Origin: Candidatus Wolframiiraptor sinensis
GTDB lineage: Archaea; Thermoproteota; Nitrososphaeria_A; Caldarchaeales; Wolframiiraptoraceae
NCBI GenBank assembly: GCA_023261815.1
Contig: JALNKA010000006.1
Location: forward strand, 1-45,845
Direction: 5' to 3'
Length of the DNA: 45,845 bases
This document shows, in pieces, positions 37,979-45,845 of the stretch; position 1 is the stretch's first letter, and every line of letters starts with the position of its first letter. Under the pieces are notes generated by a model, which was given only the letters and a program-made list of their open reading frames with translations, searched no databases and had not been told where the DNA came from. The position numbers were made by a program, and so were the translations under genes.

Positions 37979-39976
37979 ATGAGCGAGATGTCCGTTAGCA
38001 GCTCTTCGGTGGCAGCAGCAGAGGCCGGGAAGAGGTATTATGGGCATAAGCTCAAAGAGGTTCTAGCGAGATCTCTGGAGAACCCCGAGGCCTTTTGGAG
38101 CGAGGTCGCGGAGAACATAGCCTGGTTCAAGAAGTGGGATAAAGTCTTCGAGTGGGACCCGCCATTCGGGAGATGGTTCATCGGCGGAGTCCTCAACGCC
38201 TCATACAACGCCCTGGACGTGAACCTGAAGAGAGGCTTGAAGAATAAGGTCGCGATATTCTGGGAGGGCGAGGAGGGATCCACCAAGGCCCTGACATACT
38301 ATCAGCTCTGGAGAGAAGTGAACAGGTTCGCCAACGCACTCAAGAAGCTCGGAGTCAAGAAGGGCGATAGAGTCACAATCTACCTGCCGATGATACCGGA
38401 GCTCCCGATAGCGATGCTAGCCTGTGCCAGGATAGGGGCGATACATAGCGTCGTCTTCTCGGGATTCAGCGCGACAGCTCTAGCGGATAGAATAAACGAC
38501 GCCGAGGCGAAGATACTCATCACAGCCGACGGCCTCTACAGGAGGGGCAAGGTCATTCCGCTGAAGACGACAGCGGATGAGGCCCTCACCATGACGAAAA
38601 CGATCGAGAAGGTTATAGTGGTGAGGAGGGCCGGGCTCGAGAACACGCCCATGAAGGAGGGCAGAGACTTCTGGTGGCATGAGATCATTAAGGATGTTGA
38701 ATCCTACTGCCCGCCGGAGCCCATGGAGTCGACGGATCCACTATTCATCCTCTACACGAGCGGGACAACGGGCAAGCCGAAGGGAGTGGTTCACGGCACT
38801 GGAGGATACTTGGTCTGGGTCTGGGCCACGCTCAAATGGGCATTCGACCCGCAGCCCGATGACATCTGGTGGTGTACGGCGGACATAGGCTGGATAACGG
38901 GCCACAGCTACGTCGTCTACGGACCCATGCTACACGGCTTAACGCAGATAATGTATGACGGTGCTCCTGATTACCCGGCGCCCGACAGGTGGTGGGAGAT
39001 AATCGAGAAATACGGCGTAACCATGTTCTACACGGCGCCGACTGCCATCAGGATGCACATGAAGTTCGGCGAGGAGTGGGCGAGGAGGCACGACCTTAGC
39101 AGCCTCAGGATTCTCGGGTCCGTCGGAGAGCCCATAAACCCGGAGGCATGGAGATGGTTCTACGAGGTCATAGGCAACGGGAGATGCCCGATAATAGATA
39201 CCTGGTGGCAGACCGAGACTGGAGGATTCATGATCTCGCCGGCGGCCGGCATAGAGCTGGTCCCGCTCAAGGCTGGCTCCGCCACCTTCCCGCTGCCCGG
39301 AGTCCACGCGGAGGTTGTCGATGAGGATGGCAGGCCCGTCAAGCCCTTCGAGAGAGGATATCTCGTGATCTTAGCGCCGTGGCCTGGAATGCTGATGACA
39401 TTGTGGAGAGATCCGGAGCGCTACAAGGAGGTCTACTGGTCGAGATTCCAGCCGAACAAGGACCTCCAGTTCAAGATAACTCCGCCGGCAGTATACTACA
39501 CCGGAGACTACGCCATGAAGGATGATGAGGGATACTTCTGGCTCATGGGAAGAGCTGATGACGTGATCAAGGTGGCGGGCCACAGGATCGGGACCGCCGA
39601 GCTCGAGAGCGCCTTCGTAAGTCACCCCGCCGTCGCCGAGGCCGCGGTAGTAGGGAGGCCGGACCCGGTGAAGGGCGAGAGTATAGTCTCCTTCGTTATA
39701 CTGAAGTCCGGCTATCAGCCCAGCGACGAGCTAAGGGACGAGCTGAGAATGCACATAAGGAAGACGATCGGCCCCGTCGCCACGCCTGACGCGATCTTCT
39801 TCGTCTCATCTCTGCCGAAGACGAGGAGCGGCAAGATAATGAGGAGGCTTCTAAAAGCGGTCGTTAGCGGTGGCCAGCTCGGAGACGTCACCACGCTCGA
39901 GGACGCCGCCTCGATCGAGGAGGCCAAGAGGGCCGTCGAGATGCTGAGAAAAGCGATGGAAGAAGAGAGAAAGTAA
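37979..39976 (+). CDS. acs: Acetyl-CoA synthetase (AMP-forming)
   Basis: [55 protein letters not shown]. Confidence 0.96.
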   Translation: MSEMSVSSSSVAAAEAGKRYYGHKLKEVLARSLENPEAFWSEVAENIAWFKKWDKVFEWDPPFGRWFIGGVLNASYNALDVNLKRGLKNKVAIFWEGEEGSTKALTYYQLWREVNRFANALKKLGVKKGDRVTIYLPMIPELPIAMLACARIGAIHSVVFSGFSATALADRINDAEAKILITADGLYRRGKVIPLKTTADEALTMTKTIEKVIVVRRAGLENTPMKEGRDFWWHEIIKDVESYCPPEPMESTDPLFILYTSGTTGKPKGVVHGTGGYLVWVWATLKWAFDPQPDDIWWCTADIGWITGHSYVVYGPMLHGLTQIMYDGAPDYPAPDRWWEIIEKYGVTMFYTAPTAIRMHMKFGEEWARRHDLSSLRILGSVGEPINPEAWRWFYEVIGNGRCPIIDTWWQTETGGFMISPAAGIELVPLKAGSATFPLPGVHAEVVDEDGRPVKPFERGYLVILAPWPGMLMTLWRDPERYKEVYWSRFQPNKDLQFKITPPAVYYTGDYAMKDDEGYFWLMGRADDVIKVAGHRIGTAELESAFVSHPAVAEAAVVGRPDPVKGESIVSFVILKSGYQPSDELRDELRMHIRKTIGPVATPDAIFFVSSLPKTRSGKIMRRLLKAVVSGGQLGDVTTLEDAASIEEAKRAVEMLRKAMEEERK

Positions 39977-40040
39977 ATTTCCACTTCCTATTTTCAACCC
40001 TAGGGAACCTTTTTCTTTTAAGCATCTCATATCCGGTGGA

Positions 40041-40886
40041 TTGAGTTTGGTGAAGGTCGGGGTAGTCGGGGCTGGAAGAGTTGGGAGCACGGCGGCCTAC
40101 ACGCTCCTCATGCTAATGGATCTGGATGAGATCGCGCTCGTAGACGTCCTAGGCGAACTCGCGGAAGGCGAGGCGCTAGACCTGACGCACGCAGCCCATG
40201 CTCTCGGAAAGAAAACGAGGATCATCGGCGGATCGGATTATGGCCTGCTGAGAGGATCAAGACTGATAATAGTGGCGGCCGGCGCTGCTAGGAAACCCGG
40301 GATGTCGAGACTTGATCTACTAGCGGCCAACGCGGAGACTATGAAACATATCGCCGCCGGGCTCAAAGGAGCTCGGGGCGATGCCGTGATAATCGTTGTC
40401 TCGAATCCCGTAGACCCGATGACGTACATTCTTTGGAGGGAGCTCGGAATTCCGAGGAGCAGAATCATGGGGATGGGCGGCGTCTTGGACACCGCGAGAC
40501 TCTGGAGCCTCCTCGGCCGCAAGAGCGATGACATGGTCTTGGGAGAGCACGGTGATAGCATGTTCATCCGCGGCGAGCATCGGGAGCTCGAGGATATGCT
40601 CAGGGGCCAGGCGATGGAGGTGATAAGGAGGAAGGGCGCGACGATCTACGGCCCAGCCGCGTCGATTTACATTCAGGCCAAGGCCATTCTAACGGACTCG
40701 AGAATAATCTTGCCGGTCTCCGCGATCTTGGACGGAGAATATGGGCTGAGAGATGTGGCGGTTGGAGTTCCCGCGAGAATAGGTCGTGAAGGAATACTTG
40801 AGATAATAGAATACGAGGATGCTCGTGAGAGAATCGCTCGATCGGCCTCGATCCTCAGGGAGAGGCTTCGGGAAGTGGGCTACTAG
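40041..40886 (+). CDS. mdh: Malate dehydrogenase (LDH-like MDH family)
   Basis: GAGRVG, ARKPGMSRLDL (Arg at the specificity position), SNPVD, LDTAR, GEHGD. Confidence 0.85.
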   Translation: MSLVKVGVVGAGRVGSTAAYTLLMLMDLDEIALVDVLGELAEGEALDLTHAAHALGKKTRIIGGSDYGLLRGSRLIIVAAGAARKPGMSRLDLLAANAETMKHIAAGLKGARGDAVIIVVSNPVDPMTYILWRELGIPRSRIMGMGGVLDTARLWSLLGRKSDDMVLGEHGDSMFIRGEHRELEDMLRGQAMEVIRRKGATIYGPAASIYIQAKAILTDSRIILPVSAILDGEYGLRDVAVGVPARIGREGILEIIEYEDARERIARSASILRERLREVGY

Positions 40887-40956
40887 CCCCCGGGCCCCCC
40901 AAATCCGCGGAAAGGCGCTTGGAAAACTTTAAGCCTGATTACGCTACCCCCTGAGC

Positions 40957-42234
40957 TTGATGGAGAAGACCAGCAGGATTCCGGGATTCTACAAGCTCAC
41001 TGTCGAGGAGAGGCTGAGGATCGTCGCGGAGTTCGCTGGATTAAGCGACGAGGAGGTGGAGCTTCTGAGAAGATACGCCGCCCTAGATAGGGAAACCGCG
41101 AGCAGGATGATCGAGAACGTTATAGGAACCTTTCAACTGCCGCTCGGGATAGCCGTGAACTTCCTGATCAATGGCAGAGATTACATGATTCCGATGGTGA
41201 TCGAGGAGCCGTCGGTCGTCGCCGCAGCCTCGAACGCGGCTAGGATGACGAGGGAGGGCGGCGGGGTCTTCGCGCAGAGCACGGAGTCCCTGATGATAGG
41301 GCAGATACAGCTCGTGGGCATTAAGGATCCGCACGCGGCGAGACTAGAGATCTTAAGGCACAGGGATGAGATACTCGAGATAGCGAATGAGCAGGACCCC
41401 GTTCTCGTGAAGCTTGGCGGCGGCGCGAGAGACCTGGAGGCGAGAGTGCTGGAGACGAGGCTCGGCCCGATGCTGATAGTCCACTTGATAGTTGATGTGA
41501 GGGACGCGATGGGCGCTAACGCCGTGAACACGATGGCCGAGGCGGTCGCGCCGAGGCTCGCATCAATAACCGGCGGAAGATACAGGCTCAGGATAATCTC
41601 GAACCTGGCCGACAAGAGGCTCGTGAGGGCTTGGACGAGGGTTCCGCCAGAGGCAGTCGGCGGAAAGGAGATAGCCGAGGGAATAGTCGAGGCATGGGCA
41701 TTCGCCGACGCCGACCCATACCGCGCCGCAACGCACAATAAGGGGATAATGAATGGGGTTGACGCGGTGGTTATTGCGACTGGAAATGACTGGAGAGCCG
41801 TCGAGGCCGGCGCCCACGCATACGCGTGCAGATATGGGGTCTACAAGCCGCTCAGCACCTGGGAGATCGATGAAAAGGGAAATCTTGTTGGAAGCCTGGA
41901 GATGCCGCTCGCGGTCGGAATAGTAGGCGGCGCTACTAGGACGAATCCGCTGGCGAGAATATGCTTGAAGATTCTTGGAGTGAAGACCGCGAGAGAGCTT
42001 GCGGAGGTGATAGGGGCGGTTGGCCTCGTTCAGAACCTGGCGGCGCTGAGAGCCCTGGCAGCTGAGGGAATACAGGCGGGCCACATGTCCCTACACGCGA
42101 AGAACATAGCGGTGATGGCCGGCGCGGTCGGCGACGAGATAGATCAGGTGGCCGAGATCATGGTGCGCGAGAAATGCGTCAGGGTTGATCGGGCGAAAGA
42201 GATACTCGAGAAGCTGAGAAGAGAGGGGAAGTAG
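40957..42234 (+). CDS. mvaA: Class II HMG-CoA reductase
   Basis: MIENVIG, EEPSVVAAAS, DAMGAN, RIISNL, THNKGIMNG, GIQAGHMSLH. Confidence 0.93.
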   Translation: MMEKTSRIPGFYKLTVEERLRIVAEFAGLSDEEVELLRRYAALDRETASRMIENVIGTFQLPLGIAVNFLINGRDYMIPMVIEEPSVVAAASNAARMTREGGGVFAQSTESLMIGQIQLVGIKDPHAARLEILRHRDEILEIANEQDPVLVKLGGGARDLEARVLETRLGPMLIVHLIVDVRDAMGANAVNTMAEAVAPRLASITGGRYRLRIISNLADKRLVRAWTRVPPEAVGGKEIAEGIVEAWAFADADPYRAATHNKGIMNGVDAVVIATGNDWRAVEAGAHAYACRYGVYKPLSTWEIDEKGNLVGSLEMPLAVGIVGGATRTNPLARICLKILGVKTARELAEVIGAVGLVQNLAALRALAAEGIQAGHMSLHAKNIAVMAGAVGDEIDQVAEIMVREKCVRVDRAKEILEKLRREGK

Positions 42235-42240
42235 CGCTCG

Positions 42241-42846
42241 ATGAGCGATTACCCAACCGCGCTCCAGAAGAAGGGCGTAAGAGCCCTAGGAGTAGCCGAG
42301 AGCTTCAGGAAGGGTATCGGCGGGAGAGCGGTTCTAGCCGGTGTGGTGATGCGCGGAGACTTCGTTATAGATGGAGTGGTATTCGGCGAGTGCACGGTCG
42401 GCGGAATGGATGCGACGGATGGCATCCTCGAGATGTATAGGTCGCTGGGGAGAGAGGACGTCATGCTCATCATGCTGAACGGCTGCATAATAAGCTGGTT
42501 CAACGTGATCGACCTGCAGAGGCTTCACGAGGAGACGGGGCTCCCGGTTATCTCCGTGACGTACAACCCGAGCGCCGGGATCAGGGAATACTTCATTAAA
42601 TATTTCCCGGAGGATTGGGAAAGGCGAGTCGAGGTCTACGAGAGAAATGGCCCGAGAGTAGAGATGACGAATCGGAATGGCTTCAAGATATACTTCAGAT
42701 CAATGGGCCTTGACCCGGATGATGCCGCCAAAATAATCGACAGGTACACGGTTTTCGGGAGGGTACCGGAGCCGCTGAGGGTTGCTAGGCTCCTAGCCCA
42801 TAGCCTCCTCGACCACGTCGAGAAAAGAAGATTATGGGGCTCATGA
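42241..42846 (+). CDS. DUF99 (endonuclease dU/EndoV-like) protein
   Basis: LGVAESF, VGGMDAT, WFNVID, PEPLRVARL. Confidence 0.88.
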   Translation: MSDYPTALQKKGVRALGVAESFRKGIGGRAVLAGVVMRGDFVIDGVVFGECTVGGMDATDGILEMYRSLGREDVMLIMLNGCIISWFNVIDLQRLHEETGLPVISVTYNPSAGIREYFIKYFPEDWERRVEVYERNGPRVEMTNRNGFKIYFRSMGLDPDDAAKIIDRYTVFGRVPEPLRVARLLAHSLLDHVEKRRLWGS

Positions 42847-43910
42847 GGACTTCATGCTCGGGGCTCATGGCGCTCTATCTAGTCGGGCTGGGGCTCGGGA
42901 GCAGAGGCTACCTGACGAGAAAAGCAATCGAGGCCATAGAGGGATCCAGCAAGGCATACCTCGACGTTTACACGAGCATCATCGAGCCGGAGCTCATAGA
43001 GGAGCTGAGGAGGATCTTGGGGACGAGGCTTATCGAGGCCGATAGGAAGCTCCTGGAGGAGGGCGCTTCTCGGATAATCGAGGAGGCTGAGGGGAGCGAC
43101 GTAGCGATACTGGTTCCCGGAGACCCGCTGATAGCCACGACGCACATCGCGATAATGATCGAGGCGGCGAGAAGAGGAATCAAATGCCGAGTGATTCACG
43201 GGGTCTCAGCGCACTCGGCCCTAATCTCTGCATCATGCCTCCAGGCATACAAGTTCGGGAAGACCGTGACTATGCCCCGGAGCGGCGTCGGCGCCGAGAC
43301 ATGCTACAGGACGATCTTGGAGAACATGGAGCGCGGGCTCCACACGCTCGTGCTCCTCGACACGGCTGATGGCGGCCTGGACATCCCCTCGGCGATAAGA
43401 ATGCTCATGCGAGTCGAGGATGAGGCTGGAATGGGCCTAATAACGCCCAGCAGGCTGATAATATGCTTGGCGAGAATAGGCTTCGAGGATGAGGTAAAAT
43501 GGGCTGGAAGCCTGGCGGAGGCCCTTGAGAGAAGCTACCCGCCCCCGCCGCACAGCATGATATTCCCGGGAATCCTGCACTTCTCGGAGGCGGAGGCGTT
43601 GGAGATTGTGCTCGGCGCGAGACCTGAGGTCGTCGAGTCGCATAAGCTTCCATGGAGCATCTGGCAGAGGCTGCAAAGATACATCGCGAGCGTGGAGAGC
43701 GCGCTGAGAAGCTTCGAGATGCTCGAGGAGTCGCGTGAGGTCAAGGAGATCCGGGATCTCGCGGAAAGATATCTCGATGATTCAAGGAGATTTCTCTCGG
43801 GCGGCCGCGGACTCGACTCGCTGGCCGCGATCTCCTATGCCGAGGGCCTTCTAGATTGTCTCAGGATGCTGGGGAAAGCCCGGTTCTCCTGGAGCTCGGG
43901 GCAGGGCTAA
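42834..43910 (+). CDS. dph5: Diphthine synthase with C-terminal DUF357-like domain
   Basis: LYLVGLG, YTS, GDPLIATTH, YKFGKTVT, GLHTLVLLD, PPHS; tail YLDDSRRF...SYAEGLLDCL. Confidence 0.92.
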   Translation: MGLMRTSCSGLMALYLVGLGLGSRGYLTRKAIEAIEGSSKAYLDVYTSIIEPELIEELRRILGTRLIEADRKLLEEGASRIIEEAEGSDVAILVPGDPLIATTHIAIMIEAARRGIKCRVIHGVSAHSALISASCLQAYKFGKTVTMPRSGVGAETCYRTILENMERGLHTLVLLDTADGGLDIPSAIRMLMRVEDEAGMGLITPSRLIICLARIGFEDEVKWAGSLAEALERSYPPPPHSMIFPGILHFSEAEALEIVLGARPEVVESHKLPWSIWQRLQRYIASVESALRSFEMLEESREVKEIRDLAERYLDDSRRFLSGGRGLDSLAAISYAEGLLDCLRMLGKARFSWSSGQG

Positions 43911-44680
43911 ATGGTCATGAATGACTCGATCGGTATATTGAACTCCTCCATGAGCCTCTCCTTAACCCCTCTCAAAGCTATTATCGAGAACATTCCGGAG
44001 ATATTCGCCCTCAGCTCCTTGCACAGCGCTATCATCGCCCTCATAGTGCCTCCAGTCCTGATTATATCATCAACGAGGAGGACGTATTCGCCTCTCCTCA
44101 CCAGGCCCCTCGGAAGGTAGATGTAGCGGTAGGCTCCCGACTCGAATATCTGCTTGACCTCGATGAACTCCCTCACGCCTATCTTCTTGCTCTTCCTCAC
44201 GATCGCCAGCCCTATGCCCAGTATTGATGCGAGCTGATAGGCCACTGGAATGCCGTCAGACTCCATGGTCATGACCTTATCAACCTTGAATCCCATAAGC
44301 TTCTCGAGCTCGGCCAGGACTATCTGCTTCAACAGCAGCGGGTCATGTATTATCTCGCTCGTGTCGATAGCCCCGACCTCGTCCCTCGCGAGCCTCCGCC
44401 TAACCTCATCGAGCAGAAACTCCCTCTTGAAGGCAGCCATGATCGCCTTAGACTTCTCGGAGCTCGGGAGAACATGCCCATTCACGTAGCGCGAGAGAAC
44501 GGCCGGCGGAAGCCCGAGAATCGATGAGAGCCTATCATAGGACATGTGCTTCTTGAGGATCCTGAGAGCCTCGATGGAGTTCAGCCTATACCAGAGCTCA
44601 TCCAGCCTCTTCAATTCCCGGCGCACCTGGGGAAAGCGGGCTGAACTGAGAATTAAAGCCTCCATCTGCCAGCGCCTCAT
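43907..44680 (-). CDS. HTH-phosphoribosyltransferase (PurR/APRT-like) protein
   Basis: N-terminal HTH (LSRYVNGHVLPS) plus PRPP motif VLLVDDIIRTGGT. Confidence 0.88.
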   Translation of the reverse strand: MRRWQMEALILSSARFPQVRRELKRLDELWYRLNSIEALRILKKHMSYDRLSSILGLPPAVLSRYVNGHVLPSSEKSKAIMAAFKREFLLDEVRRRLARDEVGAIDTSEIIHDPLLLKQIVLAELEKLMGFKVDKVMTMESDGIPVAYQLASILGIGLAIVRKSKKIGVREFIEVKQIFESGAYRYIYLPRGLVRRGEYVLLVDDIIRTGGTMRAMIALCKELRANISGMFSIIALRGVKERLMEEFNIPIESFMTI

Positions 44681-44715
44681 TCAAGAGATATATAGGGTGA
44701 ATCCGGCTGTGTGCC

Positions 44716-45186
44716 GTGATGGGTGAGAGGGCTGGAAGGCGCGTCCTGGCTTCCGGGGCATTCGAGCTCCTTCACCCGGGGCACATAAGATTTCTGGCCG
44801 AGGCGAAGAGGGTCGGTGGCGAGGCCTCAAGACTCATAGTGGTCGTGGCCCGGGATGAAACGATCAGGAGGAGGAAGGGCAGGGAGCCTCTCCTGGGCGA
44901 GGAGGCTCGAAGAGAGCTCGTATCGATGCTCAAGCCCGTTGATGAGGCGATTCTCGGCCACACGCCATTCTCCTTCGAGAAGATAATAGAGGAGGTTAAA
45001 CCGGATATCGTCGTCTTCGGATATGATCAGGATGACTTGATGAGGGAGTTCCTGAGATTCATCGAGTCCAAGGGGCTAAGCATAGAGGTGGTCAAGCTCG
45101 GGAAGTTCGCGTCGCAGGAGCCATCAAGTACATCCGAGCTGATAAAGCGGGCTGCGGATATTCTTGGCAAAAGCTCTTCACGCTAA
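44716..45186 (+). CDS. ribL: FAD synthase (cytidylyltransferase superfamily)
   Basis: GAFELLHPGH, VVVARD, KPVDEA, PDIVVFGYDQ; next to ribK. Confidence 0.85.
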   Translation: MMGERAGRRVLASGAFELLHPGHIRFLAEAKRVGGEASRLIVVVARDETIRRRKGREPLLGEEARRELVSMLKPVDEAILGHTPFSFEKIIEEVKPDIVVFGYDQDDLMREFLRFIESKGLSIEVVKLGKFASQEPSSTSELIKRAADILGKSSSR

Positions 45187-45845
45187 ATCCAGCGGGCTCA
45201 AGCTCACCCTCACGGACACGATATCCCCATCCTTCAGCCCAAGCCTCTCCCTAAGGCACACAGGCGACAGTATCTCGATCACATCCCTCGGGTAATGAGT
45301 TCTCTCTATGAAGATTATCGCGGCATCCTCCTCTCCGACGCGCGCCTTAATGCACCTCGCGCCGCCATAAGACCTCCTGCCATCGCTAAACCTCTCTATC
45401 TCTATTCTCGCGGCTCTCTCCACTAGAGCTCTCTTCAGGACATCATCTCTCCTGATAAGCTTCAGGTTGAGCGTTCCGGGATAGGGTTTGAACCCGAGCT
45501 TCTCCTCGAACTGCCTCATGTAGAATGGTATCTGGATGTAGTAGGCGCCCTCGCCTAGCCCCGTGAAAACCCTGCCCGTGAGAATCATCTCGGATGGGCT
45601 CTCTAATATCTCCTTCAGCTTCGCGTAGAGCGATAGCGCGAGCTCGAGTGCCTCATCCGTCAGCCTTATGATCATGCTCCTACCCGAGATCTCCCTCTCG
45701 ATGAGCCCCTCCCTCGCTAGCTCCATCAAAAGCCTGGATACTGATTGCTGCGAGATCCCGAGTTCCCTGGCGAGCGCGGCGGTCGAGGTCTTAACGCCCT
45801 CGACCACGGCCCCCTTCTCCGCGAGATATAGCAGTATCCTCCCCC
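45178..45845 (-). CDS. ribK: CTP-dependent riboflavin kinase with N-terminal HTH; 5' end likely beyond the window
   Basis: ISQQSVSR HTH; GLGEGAYY, PYPGTLNL, RTHY, EILSP..LR. Confidence 0.92.
   Translation of the reverse strand, partial: GRILLYLAEKGAVVEGVKTSTAALARELGISQQSVSRLLMELAREGLIEREISGRSMIIRLTDEALELALSLYAKLKEILESPSEMILTGRVFTGLGEGAYYIQIPFYMRQFEEKLGFKPYPGTLNLKLIRRDDVLKRALVERAARIEIERFSDGRRSYGGARCIKARVGEEDAAIIFIERTHYPRDVIEILSPVCLRERLGLKDGDIVSVRVSLSPLDLA

Noticed and set aside
42196-42204. AAAGAGATA, complement of the copy 2 second 9-mer, inside the HMG-CoA reductase gene
   Set aside because: Isolated half-site with no adjacent partner half; a single 9-mer hit in 46 kb is plausible by chance.
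1-45845. CRISPR or multi-unit TIGR array, rRNA
   Set aside because: No regularly spaced tandem repeats or rRNA-like sequence seen; each putative guide RNA occurs as a single unit.

Overview
Archaeal chromosomal window. Gene content (aTrm56, TFE, archease, prefoldin alpha, FtsY, aIF2-beta, thermosome, Rpo6, Dph5, RibL/RibK, intron-containing tRNAs, frequent TTG/GTG starts) fits a thermophilic TACK archaeon, possibly Aigarchaeota/Caldarchaeales; the taxonomy is inference only. Most of the window is housekeeping and metabolic genes. It also holds four intron-containing tRNAs (2 Val, 2 Ser), four HEPN-MNT pairs around a cysteine synthase, and a cell-surface locus with a 2149-aa S-layer-like protein. 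The most notable signal is a pair of decayed, homologous elements (about 18880-19710 minus; about 33900-34313 plus). Each encodes fragments of an IS110/Nop-domain-like protein and is followed by a conserved ~109-nt structured RNA. That RNA has an outer kink-turn-like motif and an internal loop with two variable 9-nt segments (TGRT-N9-GA-hairpin-TGGT-N9-GA). In each copy one 9-mer is complementary to the DNA just beyond the element end (9/9 in one copy, 8/9 plus a G-T wobble in the other), and both sites lie in the apparent TATA box of the neighbouring host gene. This suggests a dual-guide, RNA-programmed element (bridge/seekRNA/TIGR-like) that targets promoters. Family assignments are from motif recognition only; no database searches were run.
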